DNA of 64,000 nucleotides from an uncultured Gammaproteobacteria bacterium (GCA_964553875.1 CAZKNH010000004.1:5391-69390); one strand, 5' to 3'; positions 27,022 to 36,764 are shown, numbered from the stretch's first letter. Numbers and translations: made by a program. The notes: generated from the sequence alone by a model not told the origin.

Positions 27022-27052
27022 GGAAAAAGAAACGGGGCCTCTCGGCCCCGTT
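27022..27052 (-). terminator. Rho-independent terminator downstream of the DUF6152 gene
   Basis: Stem AACGGGGCC (27031-27039), loop TCTC, stem GGCCCCGTT (27044-27052). On the minus strand it is followed by TTCTTTTT (complement of 27023-27030). Confidence 0.6.
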
Positions 27053-27100
27053 CCTTTGTCCGTGCGACCCTCGCGGCGCGAGGGCAGGCGGCGCCGCGCG

Positions 27101-27496
27101 CTACTCGTCTACGCGGGTACCGCCGAGGTCGAGGCTCGTGCCGTCCGGGAACACGACGCCCGTCGAGTTCGCGCGGAGCGAGCCGTCCTTCGCCTGGAAG
27201 CCCGTGACCTGAACCCTCGTTCCGGGCGGCAGCGTATCACGCGTCCAGCCGCGGCGGAGCAGAGCGCTCGGCGCGCCGCCTTCGATCATCCAGCGCTCGA
27301 CCGTGCCGTCTTCCTTCGTGACGTCGATGTGCAGCCACGAGTGCGGATTCACCCACTCGAACTCCACGACCACGCCCTCGAGCGAGACGGGCTTGTTGCG
27401 GTCGAACTCCGCAGCAAACGAATGATGCGCGAGTGCCGATCCGGCAGAGAGCATGAATCCGGCCCCGGCCGCGATGCTCCAAAACGTCTTTCGCAT
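27101..27496 (-). CDS. DUF6152-like small secreted protein
   Basis: Signal peptide MRKTFWSIAAGAGFMLSAGSALA, then HHSFAAEFDRNKPVSLEGVVVEFEWVNPHSWLHIDV, the hallmark pattern I recall for DUF6152. An AGGAG-type SD lies upstream. Confidence 0.6.
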   Translation of the reverse strand: MRKTFWSIAAGAGFMLSAGSALAHHSFAAEFDRNKPVSLEGVVVEFEWVNPHSWLHIDVTKEDGTVERWMIEGGAPSALLRRGWTRDTLPPGTRVQVTGFQAKDGSLRANSTGVVFPDGTSLDLGGTRVDE

Positions 27497-27622
27497 AACC
27501 TCTTACTCCTGTTTCAGCTGACCGCTTCGCACTTCGTCCGGGTATCTGTCAAATTCGTCTCGGTGCGTGCTCGTCGGCTGACATTTTAGACCAGTTCCCT
27601 TGGGATTGTTCCTGCCCGTTTC

Positions 27623-28441
27623 TCAATCTTGCTGTGGCTGCTGATCCTCCGGGAGCAGCAGGTCGTGGTAGAGCAGCATGTCGGCGAACGGCACGCACTT
27701 GAACTCGAGCAGCTGCGCGTTCGGCTCGACGTGGCGGTAGAGCATCATCTCGATCGTCCACGGCGCCGTGTAGACGGCCGGATCCTCGAGCGTCGCCTCG
27801 TACCAGAGGTGATCCGGGCCGCGCGGCGTGAAGCGCTCCGTGACCTTCAGAGTCCGGCTCGCGAAGTTACCGGCGCGATCGAGCCACGTCCTGCCGTTGA
27901 ACCCTTCGGTTTCTACGACTAGCGTGTCGCCTTCCCAACGGCCGTTCGAGTAGCCCATCCACGTGTCGACGACCGCGGGCTGGTGCTCGACCATGTTGAT
28001 GACGCGGTTCGTCGACGCGAACGGGTAGACCATCAGGATGTCGCCGTCGCCCTGGAAAATCTGGAACGGGAACGGCTGATAGGTCGCACGCGGAATCCCC
28101 GGCATGTAGCACTTCGCGGCGGGGTCGGCCTCGGGCCAGTTCTTGCGATTCTCTTCGCGCTGCGCGAGGGCTTCGGGCTTGTACGGGATCTTGCCTTCGC
28201 GGACGACGCTCTGTCCTGCCGGGATCGCGGCGAACGCGCCCATCTGCCAGAACCGCTCGAGCTGCTCCGCGGAATGCGCCTCGAGGTTCCAATAGGCAGT
28301 GTTCATCGCCTGCCAAATCCCGTTCAGGTTGGGCTTGCCCAACAGGCGCTCCGGTCGCTCTTGCTGCTGCGCTTCCGCGGTACCCGCCGTGACGGCGACT
28401 GCAAGGGCCGTCGCGATAGCGCCTGCCAATCGATTTCGCAT
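27623..28441 (-). CDS. Uncharacterised secreted protein, paralog of 30728-31738
   Basis: Signal peptide MRNRLAGAIATALAVAVTAGTAEAQ with a GAGGAG SD upstream of ATG 28441. It shares blocks WMGYSNGRWEGDTLVVETEGFNG, LKVTERFT and DPAVYTAPWT with the paralog. Confidence 0.6.
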   Translation of the reverse strand: MRNRLAGAIATALAVAVTAGTAEAQQQERPERLLGKPNLNGIWQAMNTAYWNLEAHSAEQLERFWQMGAFAAIPAGQSVVREGKIPYKPEALAQREENRKNWPEADPAAKCYMPGIPRATYQPFPFQIFQGDGDILMVYPFASTNRVINMVEHQPAVVDTWMGYSNGRWEGDTLVVETEGFNGRTWLDRAGNFASRTLKVTERFTPRGPDHLWYEATLEDPAVYTAPWTIEMMLYRHVEPNAQLLEFKCVPFADMLLYHDLLLPEDQQPQQD

Positions 28442-28612
28442 CTGAAAACTCTCCTCTGCCATAGTTACCGGGACCTGTTCTGGAAAAGGCCCGAGGTCCG
28501 CAGGAACGGGAGCGACAGTACCCCGTTCCAGCTCCTCGGCGATCTTAATTTTCTCTAAGGGCAATTCTGGTTTTTCTGACGAATGTCCGTTCGGGCGGCC
28601 GTCTCCGGGCGC

Positions 28613-30538
28613 TCAGGGTAACGCAAATACGTTGACCGTGTCTCCGGCGACGATCGCGACGTGCTGCTTCCCGCGCGCGTCGGCGTAGGTCATCGGGTTC
28701 GCGTTCGCGTTCGCCTCGAGCACCGCCTGCCATAGCTCTTCCCCGGTGCGGGCGTCGAACGCGCGGAAACGCCGGTCGTTCGTCGCGCCGACGAACACGA
28801 GATCGCCGCCGGTGACCGTCGGTCCCGCGCTGCCCGAGTTCCCGACGAGCTGCTTGCCCTCGGGCAAGAGCTCGTTCAGGCCGAGCACGGACTCCCACAG
28901 GATCTCGCCCTTGTTCGTGTCGACGGCGATGAGCCGCGCCCACGGCGGCCGGTGGCAGGGCAGGGTGGGGCCGATGGGCCGCCCGTTCTCGTCGAACTCG
29001 CCGCTGATCGGCGCGTTGAAGCTGAAGAACGGGCCGACGCCCAGGATGCTCGCGCGATCGTACGGCTGCGTCGAGCCGACGGCTTCGAAGCTGTACGTTA
29101 CGTTCGGGTCCTTGTCCTCGACCCAGCCGACGAGCGACGTGTCGTGGGAGTTCACGTAGACGATGCCCGTCGTCGGGTCAGCCGCGACGCCGCCCCAGTT
29201 GACGCCGCCGGTGCCGCCCGGGAACTGGATCGTCGACGCGGGCGGCGTCCCCTTCTCGTGATAGAGGAACGGCGTGAACGGCCCGGCGTTGTAGAAGCCG
29301 CCGCTCATCTCCCAGAACCGGTGGCACGCGGCCGAGTGCTCGGGCGTCGTCTCCTCGGGCGTCACGATCTCGTCCCGCGTGAAGCTGACGCGAGCGAGCG
29401 GGGGCGGCTTGACCGGGAACGGCTGCGTCGGCGAATACCACTCGCCAGGCACGTCGCCCTTCGGCACCGGCCGTTCCTCGACGTCGATCACGGGCTCGCC
29501 GGTCTCGCGGTTCAGCACGAAGAGGTAGCTCGTCTTGCCGACGTGCACGAGCGACGGCACGCGCCGGCCGTCGACGATCGTATCGATCAAGGCGCCGGCG
29601 GACGGCATGTCGGAATCCCAGAGGTCGTGGTGCACGGTCTGGAAATGCCACCGATACTCGCCGGTCTCGAGGTCGACCGCGACGATCGAGTTTGCGAAGA
29701 CGTTCGCGCCGGGGCGGTCGCCGCCGTAGTAGTTCGCCGCAGGTCCCGCGATCGGCAGGTAGACGATGCCGCGGGCCGCATCGACCGGGGCGGCGAACGC
29801 CCACATGTTCGTGCCGGAGCGATTCTCCCAGCCGTCGCCCCATGTCTCGTTGAACGGCTCGCCTGGACGCGGCACGGTTTGGAACTCCCAGAGCTTCTCG
29901 CCCGTGCGCACGTCGAACGCGCGCGGGTTGCCGGGCGGACCCTGGGGCACCTCGTTCACGTTCGCGCCGATCACGGCGACCGTGCCGTAGATCGTCGGCG
30001 TGCCGCGGTACGGCACGCCGACGTCGACGCTGCCGTTCTCGCCGAACCCGGCCGCCGGTGTGCCGGTCTTGGCGTCGACCGCATAGAGCCGCGAGCCGGC
30101 CATGAAGAGGACGCGGGGCGGCGTGGTCGCGTCGCCTTCCCAATATCCGACGCCGCGCGTCGAGACGCCGCCCGGTCCGCCCTGGCCCTGCGGCCGGGGG
30201 ACGACATAAGCCCAGATCTCTTCGCCGGTGCCGGCGTCGAGCGCAACGACGCGATCGCCGCTCGGCACGTACATCACCCCTTCGATCACGAGCGGCACCG
30301 CGGTCGAGTTGCCGTTCAGGCGGTACGTCCAGACGCGCTCGAGGCTCGCGACGTTGTGCACGTTGATCTGGTCGAGCGGCGAGTAACGCGTCGCGGCAAG
30401 ATCGCGGTTGATCGTGCGCCAGTCGCCGGCGGGCATGTGGCTGTTGCTCCAACGCGGCGCGGCGTCCTGCGCGCGCGCATCCGTTGCGCCGATGAGGGCC
30501 GCCGCTCCAGCGGCGACGAGAGCCGGAATTCCCTTCAT
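28613..30538 (-). CDS. PQQ-dependent dehydrogenase (soluble quinoprotein, beta-propeller)
   Basis: Signal peptide MKGIPALVAAGAAALIGATDARAQ. RYSPLDQINVHNVASLERVWTY..PLVIEGVMYVPSGDRVVALDAGTGEEIWAY, repeated W-docking propeller motifs, HHDLWDSDMP. Confidence 0.8.
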   Translation of the reverse strand: MKGIPALVAAGAAALIGATDARAQDAAPRWSNSHMPAGDWRTINRDLAATRYSPLDQINVHNVASLERVWTYRLNGNSTAVPLVIEGVMYVPSGDRVVALDAGTGEEIWAYVVPRPQGQGGPGGVSTRGVGYWEGDATTPPRVLFMAGSRLYAVDAKTGTPAAGFGENGSVDVGVPYRGTPTIYGTVAVIGANVNEVPQGPPGNPRAFDVRTGEKLWEFQTVPRPGEPFNETWGDGWENRSGTNMWAFAAPVDAARGIVYLPIAGPAANYYGGDRPGANVFANSIVAVDLETGEYRWHFQTVHHDLWDSDMPSAGALIDTIVDGRRVPSLVHVGKTSYLFVLNRETGEPVIDVEERPVPKGDVPGEWYSPTQPFPVKPPPLARVSFTRDEIVTPEETTPEHSAACHRFWEMSGGFYNAGPFTPFLYHEKGTPPASTIQFPGGTGGVNWGGVAADPTTGIVYVNSHDTSLVGWVEDKDPNVTYSFEAVGSTQPYDRASILGVGPFFSFNAPISGEFDENGRPIGPTLPCHRPPWARLIAVDTNKGEILWESVLGLNELLPEGKQLVGNSGSAGPTVTGGDLVFVGATNDRRFRAFDARTGEELWQAVLEANANANPMTYADARGKQHVAIVAGDTVNVFALP

Positions 30539-30727
30539 TATTCTTGATCTCCGCACTGCCGCTGGAAGGGCAGAATCGCGCTAAAGATACACGCTGATCG
30601 CGCCCGAGCCCAAGGGCGCTCCGTTCGACGCTCCCGCGGACGAGCGCATATACTCGACGAACTCGCGAGTCCGGACGGAAGCTCACTTCGGGCTCGAGCG
30701 GATCTTTCGAATCAACGGAGGTCTTCG

Positions 30728-31738
30728 ATGAAGGAGCGGATCTTGCGGCTCGGAGTGATGGCGGCGGGTGTCGCCGCGGCCCTGCTCGGGGCGTCAACGT
30801 CGAGCGTTGCACAGGAGTCGAGCTGGGAGCACCCGAGGACACCTTGGGGCGACCCCGACCTGCAAGGCATGTGGCCGGTGAATCACATGACCGGCGTTCC
30901 GCTCGTTCGTCCACGGGAGTTCGGGACGCGGAACGTGCTGACGGACGAGGAGTACGCGCGGCGCGAGCAGCAGCTTTCCGCTCGCAACGCGGCGTACGAC
31001 CGCGAAATCGAGTCGGGCCGGATGGGTATGGGCCATTGGGCGGAGGCCGGACAGATCCCGACGCGCGTCGCGTCACTGATCGTCGATCCGCCGGACGGGC
31101 AATTCCCGGAGCTGACCGCGCTCGGCAAAGAGATTTCGCCGACGATGGGCACGAGCTGGTTCCGCGACACATGGGATCGGCCGGAGGACTTCGACGTGTG
31201 GGATCGCTGCATCACCCGCGGTCTTCCCGCATCGATGTTCCCGATGCAATACAACAACGGGATCGAGATCATCCAGGCTCCGGGTTATGTCGTATTGCGG
31301 CTCGAGATGATCCACGAGGCGAGGATCATTCCGATCGACGGCCGCGCGCCGCTCGATCCGGCGATCAAGCAGTGGATGGGCGAGTCGCGCGGTCGCTGGG
31401 AGGGCAACACGCTCGTCGTCGAGACGACGAACTTCAACGGGATCCCGCATATGACGAACATCGGCACGACGGGATCGCCGAATTACAACACGCCGACGAG
31501 CGAGCAGCTTCACATCACCGAACGCTTCACGCGTGTCAGCGACGACCGCCTCGAGTACGAGATCACCGTCGCGGACCCGGTGATGCAGACGCGGCCGTGG
31601 ACGGCGGCGTACACGTGGGTGCTGAACAACGACTACAAGATCTTCGAGTACGCGTGCCACGAGGGCAACATTCAGGTTCGCACGTACATCGAGACGTCGC
31701 GCTACGAGCGTCAGCAGCAGGCGGCGAATCGGAACTGA
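30728..31738 (+). CDS. Uncharacterised secreted protein, paralog of 27623-28441
   Basis: Signal peptide MKERILRLGVMAAGVAAALLGASTSSVAQE with a GGAGG SD. Shared blocks WMGESRGRWEGNTLVVETTNFNG, LHITERFT, DPVMQTRPWT, FEYACHEGN. Confidence 0.65.
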   Translation: MKERILRLGVMAAGVAAALLGASTSSVAQESSWEHPRTPWGDPDLQGMWPVNHMTGVPLVRPREFGTRNVLTDEEYARREQQLSARNAAYDREIESGRMGMGHWAEAGQIPTRVASLIVDPPDGQFPELTALGKEISPTMGTSWFRDTWDRPEDFDVWDRCITRGLPASMFPMQYNNGIEIIQAPGYVVLRLEMIHEARIIPIDGRAPLDPAIKQWMGESRGRWEGNTLVVETTNFNGIPHMTNIGTTGSPNYNTPTSEQLHITERFTRVSDDRLEYEITVADPVMQTRPWTAAYTWVLNNDYKIFEYACHEGNIQVRTYIETSRYERQQQAANRN

Positions 31739-31827
31739 AGCGCGCGGTTTACGCGCTCGATTCGGAGCGGGCCGGCGAGCGATCGCCGGCCCGCTTCGCG
31801 TTTAAGGTACTGCTGGTTCTTTGGCCG

Positions 31828-33786
31828 TCAGTCCTCCGGCAGCGCGAACGTGATGTACTTGCCCGGCCCCGGCTCCGGCAGCCCCTCGCGGATGCCGAAG
31901 AGGCCCCAGCCGCCGCTCGCGATCGTGATGTACTGGCGGCCGTTCACCTCGTAGACGGCGGGCACGCCTTCCGACGCCGCGTCGAGCCGATAAGTCCACA
32001 GCACCTCGCCGGTATCGACGTCGTACGCGCGGAATGCGCGGTCCGACGACGTGCCGACGAAGAGGAGCCCGCCGGCCGTGACGACGGGGCCGCCGCGCGG
32101 TGCATGGCTGCCGGTGCCGGTGATGCCTCGCTCGGCGAGGAACGCGACCTCACCGTTCGGGATCTGCCATTCGATCACGCCTTCGTTCAGGTCGTACGCG
32201 GTGATGCGAGACCACGGCGGGCCGATCGCCGAGAGGCCGTTGCTCTGCAGCATGAAATCGACCGGCACCGAGTACGGCACGAAATCCTCGCCCTCGTTCG
32301 GGATCGGACCGCCGCCCCCGAGCGGACCGCCCGGACCGCCGCCGCCTTGACGGAGCTGCAGGTTCGCCGTCGTCGGAAGCTCCTTCGAGACGATGTAGAG
32401 CTTGCCGTTGACCGGATCGACGGCCGCGCTGCCCCAGTTCGCGCCGCCGTTGTGGCCCGGCATCATGATCGTGCCGCGCTCGCTCGGCGGCGTGTACAGG
32501 CCTTCGTTGCGGTACGTCCTGAGAATTTCCCGAAGCTTCTCCTGGTCTTCCTCGGGAATGTACGGGTTGATGTCGGCCTCCGTGAACGACTGCCGCGCGA
32601 ACGGAGGCGGCGCCGTCGGGAACGGCTGCGTCGGCGACGACGCCTCTCCCGGTGCATCCGACTGCGGCACGGGCCGCTCCTCGATCGGCCAGATCGGCTC
32701 GCCGGTCTCACGCTCGAACACGAACAGGAAGCCCTGCTTGCTCGCCTGCACGACGACATCGACCTCCTCGCCGTCGCGGCGCACGGTCAAGAGCTTCGGC
32801 GCCTGCGGAAGGTCGTAGTCCCAGAGATCGTGGTGAATCGTCTGGAAATGCCACAGCCGTTTTCCGGTCCTGGCATCGAGCGCGACGATGCTGTTGCCGA
32901 ACAGGTTGTCGCCGTGACGGTTGCCGCCGTAGAAGTCGTAACGCGCGGTACCGGTCGGGATGAAGACGATGCCGCGCTCGACGTCGACCGTCGACTCGCT
33001 CCAGTTGTGCACGCCGCCGAAAGCGTGCGCGGCGTCGTCCGGCCACGTGTCCGCGCCGAACTCGCCGGGGCGGGGCACCGTGTGGAAGACCCAGACGAGC
33101 TCGCCCGTTCGAACGTCGTACGCGTGGATGTCGGCCGGCGTCGAGCTGTAGCTCGCGCCGCCTGCGGGCAGCGAGATGATGATCAGGTTCTCGAAGACTC
33201 GGCCGGGGTTGTTCGTCTGCAGCGGCCTGACGCTTTCGACGTCGTCGACGAGACCGACTCGGAGGTCGACACGGCCGCCTTCGCCGAACGACTCGATGAC
33301 CTTGCCCGTGCGCGCGTCGACCGCGGTCAGCAAGCCCCGGTTCAGGTAGAGGAGCCGTCGATCGGAGCGGTCTTCGCTCTCCCAGTAGCTGACGCCGCGC
33401 GTGCCGGGGGCGATGTCGTTCTTCCAGATCTCGCGGCCGGTGGCCGCGTCGAGCGCGACGAGGCCGCCCTGCGCGCGCACGTACATGACGCCGTCGACGA
33501 CGATCGGGTTGAACAGCGGGTTGTCGCCGGTCTCGTAGCTCCAGACCGGCTCGAGCTGCGTGACGTTGCTCCGGTTGATCTGATCGAGCGCGGAGTACTG
33601 CGACGAGTCGACGCCGCCGAGATACTGGTTCCAAACGCGGTAGTCGCGCTCGCCGGAACGCTGCACCGTTTGCGCCTCGGCGATCGCCGCGGCCAGCACC
33701 GCGATGGCGAGGCTGCCCGCCGTGACGGACGCGATGCGGCTCGCGGACGTCAAGGCAGGGCGATGAGAGGGTCGTCTGCGCTTCAT
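31828..33786 (-). CDS. PQQ-dependent dehydrogenase (soluble quinoprotein, beta-propeller)
   Basis: Signal peptide ending AIAEAQ. QYSALDQINRSNVTQLEPVWSY..PIVVDGVMYVRAQGGLVALDAATGREIWKN, HHDLWDYDLP, C-terminal VPAVYEVNGRQYITIASGG. Start ATG 33786. Confidence 0.8.
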   Translation of the reverse strand: MKRRRPSHRPALTSASRIASVTAGSLAIAVLAAAIAEAQTVQRSGERDYRVWNQYLGGVDSSQYSALDQINRSNVTQLEPVWSYETGDNPLFNPIVVDGVMYVRAQGGLVALDAATGREIWKNDIAPGTRGVSYWESEDRSDRRLLYLNRGLLTAVDARTGKVIESFGEGGRVDLRVGLVDDVESVRPLQTNNPGRVFENLIIISLPAGGASYSSTPADIHAYDVRTGELVWVFHTVPRPGEFGADTWPDDAAHAFGGVHNWSESTVDVERGIVFIPTGTARYDFYGGNRHGDNLFGNSIVALDARTGKRLWHFQTIHHDLWDYDLPQAPKLLTVRRDGEEVDVVVQASKQGFLFVFERETGEPIWPIEERPVPQSDAPGEASSPTQPFPTAPPPFARQSFTEADINPYIPEEDQEKLREILRTYRNEGLYTPPSERGTIMMPGHNGGANWGSAAVDPVNGKLYIVSKELPTTANLQLRQGGGGPGGPLGGGGPIPNEGEDFVPYSVPVDFMLQSNGLSAIGPPWSRITAYDLNEGVIEWQIPNGEVAFLAERGITGTGSHAPRGGPVVTAGGLLFVGTSSDRAFRAYDVDTGEVLWTYRLDAASEGVPAVYEVNGRQYITIASGGWGLFGIREGLPEPGPGKYITFALPED

Positions 33787-33882
33787 TGGCTTTGCTCTTC
33801 TTGAGTTTTCTCGGGCCGGATGGCCGGCCACCAGATACTAAAGGAACGGCCTCTGATTGTCCGCACGGCCGTCACGCGCGGA

Positions 33883-35700
33883 TCAGAGGTCGTACAAGAG
33901 CGGCATCACGATCGACAGGCCGATCAGCATGATCAGCGACAACGGCGTGCCGACACGAATGAAGTCGTTGAAGTGGTAGCCGCCGGCGCTCATCACGAGC
34001 AGGTTCGTCTGATACCCGACCGGGATCATGTAGCTCATGTTCGCGCCGAACAGCACCGCGAGCACGAACGGCTCGACCGGTGCGCCGAGCTGCTCGGCGA
34101 CGCTGAACGCGATCGGCGTGCCGATCACCGCGACCGCGTTGTTCGTCACCACCTCGGTCAGAAGCCACATGATCGTCAGGAAGCCGGCGAGGGCGATCGG
34201 CACCGGCGCGTCGCCGATCATCGCGACGTAGAGCGACGCGACGTACGCCGCGGCGCCGGTCTCGGTCAGCGCGAGGCCGAGCGCGAGGCTCGCGACGATC
34301 ACGAAGATGATCCGGCGGTCGAGCGCTGCGAGAACGTCGCGCCACGTGAGGCAGCGCGTCGCGAGCAGCAGCGCGACGCCGAGAATCGCCGCGACGGAGA
34401 TCCGCAGCACGCCGACCGCCGCGAAGGCGACGACGCCCGCCATGATCGCTAGCGCTGCCGTCGCCCGCTCCGTGCGCGGGACCGTGATGCGTCCGTCGAG
34501 CACGAGCACCTGGCCCGAGCGCTTCAGCCGCTCGAGCGCCGCCGTGGTGCCCTGCACGAGCACGATATCGCCGACGTGCAGCGTCTCGCGCATCGCCGGC
34601 TCGACGCTCTCGCCCGGCGCGGCGCTCCGATGCAGCGCGAGCGGCACGAGCTCGTAAGCGGAGAGCACTCGGCTCGAATCGAGCGACGCGCCGTCGAGCG
34701 CGGAGCCCGGGGTGACGACGACCTCGGCGAGATGCTGTTCGCTCGTCAACGGGTGCTCGGGGCTCACGCTCTCGTCGGCGTCGCCCGCGAGGAGCGTCGC
34801 GCCGAGCAGACGCTCGAACTCCTTGAGGTTCTCGGCCGTGTCGCGCACGTGCAGCCGGTCGCCGGCCGTGATCACGACCGACGGCAGCTTCACGAGCGAC
34901 AGGTTGCCGCGCGCGATCCGGGAAACCTTCATCCGTCCCCGCGTGAGCGCGAGGACCTCGGCGAGCGTGCGTCCGTTTGCGGCGCTGTCCTCGTTCACGC
35001 GGAGTTTCGCATCGAATACGCGCGGAGAGACGTCCGTCAACGGCGGCTTCCGCTCCGGGATGAGGCGCGGAGCGATCAGCCACAGATACAGGATCGCGAC
35101 GGAGCCGACGATGAAGACCGGCAGCGCGAAATCGAACATCTCGAGCTCGCGCATGCCGAGATCGGCGGCGATCGCGACGACGAGCAGATTCGTCGACGTG
35201 CCGATCGTCGTCGCCGTGCCGCCGATCACGGTCGCGAAACCGACCGGCATCAGGATGCCGGCGGGGGAGACCTTCGCGCGGAGCGACACGGCGATCAGCA
35301 AGGGCAGCACGGCGGCGACGACCGGCGTATTGTTGAGAAACATGCTGATGAAGGCGCTGAGGAGCATGGTCGCAAGGAACGCGAGCTGCGGACGGTGCGC
35401 CCACATCGTCGCGAGCGACTGCGAGATGGGCAGCAGTGCACCGGTCGTCTCGAGTGCCTTCGCAAGGATCATCAGCCCGCAGATGCTGATCAGCGCCTCG
35501 TTGCCGAACCCGGCGAGCACGGTCTCTGCGCCGAGGTCCCGATGCGGGTCGATCGGGAAGAGCTCGAACCAGAGCATGACGACGCAGACGATGAAGAGGC
35601 TCGACGCTTCGAGCAGGTAGCGTTCGCGGGTGTAGAGAAAGATCGCGAACACGGTGAACGCGATCGCGAAGGCGGCATGGAGGCTCGGCGGCGACGGCAC
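33883..35700 (-). CDS. SLC13/DASS-family anion permease with central TrkA-C (RCK C-terminal) domains
   Basis: Multi-TM N- and C-terminal halves, e.g. GFGNEALISICGLMILAKALETTGAL and GTPIAFSVAEQLGAPVEPFVLAVLFGANMSYMIPVGYQTNLLVM. They flank two soluble segments: RVNEDSAANGRTLAEV..VITAGDRLHVRD and VVVTPGSALDGASL..LHVGDIVLVQG. Confidence 0.75.
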   Translation of the reverse strand: MPSPPSLHAAFAIAFTVFAIFLYTRERYLLEASSLFIVCVVMLWFELFPIDPHRDLGAETVLAGFGNEALISICGLMILAKALETTGALLPISQSLATMWAHRPQLAFLATMLLSAFISMFLNNTPVVAAVLPLLIAVSLRAKVSPAGILMPVGFATVIGGTATTIGTSTNLLVVAIAADLGMRELEMFDFALPVFIVGSVAILYLWLIAPRLIPERKPPLTDVSPRVFDAKLRVNEDSAANGRTLAEVLALTRGRMKVSRIARGNLSLVKLPSVVITAGDRLHVRDTAENLKEFERLLGATLLAGDADESVSPEHPLTSEQHLAEVVVTPGSALDGASLDSSRVLSAYELVPLALHRSAAPGESVEPAMRETLHVGDIVLVQGTTAALERLKRSGQVLVLDGRITVPRTERATAALAIMAGVVAFAAVGVLRISVAAILGVALLLATRCLTWRDVLAALDRRIIFVIVASLALGLALTETGAAAYVASLYVAMIGDAPVPIALAGFLTIMWLLTEVVTNNAVAVIGTPIAFSVAEQLGAPVEPFVLAVLFGANMSYMIPVGYQTNLLVMSAGGYHFNDFIRVGTPLSLIMLIGLSIVMPLLYDL

Positions 35701-35755
35701 GGTGGTGTTCGCGAAGGCTGGTCAGCGAGCGGGCAGGGCTCTCGCGGCATCGGCG

Positions 35756-35786
35756 ACCGAGGCGTGCGCTCGGCGCACGCCTCGGT
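35756..35786 (-). terminator. Perfect 14-bp GC-rich hairpin downstream of hflC (no U-tract)
   Basis: ACCGAGGCGTGCGC (35756-35769), loop TCG, GCGCACGCCTCGGT (35773-35786), located between the hflC stop and the SLC13 gene start. Confidence 0.35.
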
Positions 35787-35816
35787 ACGGCGCTCGGAAG
35801 GCTCGAGCCACTGGCG

Positions 35817-36764
35817 CTACTGCCGGTTGGCGATCGATTGCAGATAGCGGAAGAAGTCGGACTCGGCGTCGATCATCAGCGTCGTGTTCTCGCCGAGTGC
35901 CCGGTAACTCTCCAGCGTCTTGAAAAAGTTGTAAAACTCGGGATCTTCGCCGAAAGCTTCGCCGTAGATCCGCGTCGCCTCGGCGTCCGCCTGGCCGATA
36001 ATCTCCTGCGCGCGCCGCTCCGCCTCGGAACGGATCCTTCTGAGCTCCCGCTCCATCTCGCCGAGGATCTCCTGGCTGCGGCCTTCACCCTCGGAGCGAA
36101 AGCGCGCCGCAATGCTCTGGCGCTCGGAGATCATCCGCGCCTCGACCTGCTGGCGTACCGAGTCGATGTAGTTGATGCGCTTGATGCGGACGTCGACGAG
36201 CTCGATGCCGAGACCGGGCATCTGGCGCGATGCCGACTGGAGCATCTCCTGCTCGAGCTGCGCGCGGCCTTTCGTCGGGCGTTCGAGGTCCGTCTCGGCG
36301 AGGGCGTCGATCTCTTCCTCGGCGAGCGTCGACACGTCCACTTGCCAGTCGGCGGAGCGCACGATTTCCTCGAGCTCGGTGCCGGAGACGATGTCTCGGA
36401 CGACCGAGTCGAGAATGTCGTCGAGCCGCGTCCGCGCGCCTTGCTCGTCGCGCACCGATCGGAGGAACTGCAGCGGATCGGCGATGCGCCAACGGGCCGT
36501 CGTGTCGACGATGATGAACTCGCGGCCGAGCGTCGGAATCTGGCTGACGTCCCCGTCCCAGTCGAGGAGCCGCTTGTCGAAGCGGCGCACTTCCTGGATG
36601 AACGGCACGCGGAAGTGCAGGCCCGGCTCGTCGATCACGCCGCCGATCGGCTCGCCGAACTGCACGATGATGCCTTGCTCGGCCTGATCGATGACGAACG
36701 CGGAGTTCATCACGATGAACGCGACGGCGATCGCGGCGAGCGCCGGAATCGTCAGGTTTCTCAT
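35817..36764 (-). CDS. hflC: Protease modulator HflC (SPFH/band 7)
   Basis: VIDQAEQGIIVQFGEPIGGVIDEPGLHFRVPFIQEVRRFDKRLLDWDG. ATGA overlap with the hflK stop. Confidence 0.85.
   Translation of the reverse strand: MRNLTIPALAAIAVAFIVMNSAFVIDQAEQGIIVQFGEPIGGVIDEPGLHFRVPFIQEVRRFDKRLLDWDGDVSQIPTLGREFIIVDTTARWRIADPLQFLRSVRDEQGARTRLDDILDSVVRDIVSGTELEEIVRSADWQVDVSTLAEEEIDALAETDLERPTKGRAQLEQEMLQSASRQMPGLGIELVDVRIKRINYIDSVRQQVEARMISERQSIAARFRSEGEGRSQEILGEMERELRRIRSEAERRAQEIIGQADAEATRIYGEAFGEDPEFYNFFKTLESYRALGENTTLMIDAESDFFRYLQSIANRQ

Noticed and set aside
23562-28600. Lower-GC stretch as a genomic island or mobile element
   Set aside because: No integrase, transposase, tRNA attachment site or flanking direct repeats are visible. 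It is kept only as a compositional observation within the dha/aldolase finding.
28952-31172. 531-aa plus-strand and 664-aa minus-strand ORFs over the first PQQ dehydrogenase
   Set aside because: Alternative frames of a gene with clear quinoprotein propeller motifs. Arg-rich composition.
30844-33804. 986-aa plus-strand ORF
   Set aside because: Out of frame with the secreted paralog at 30728-31738 and antisense to the second PQQ dehydrogenase. Low-complexity Arg/Asp/Ala content.
27101-33831. Looked for pqqABCDE genes or a cytochrome c partner next to the quinoprotein genes
   Set aside because: I found none in this island. The only CxxCH motif I noted in a supported gene is in the unrelated lipoprotein at 1-921.
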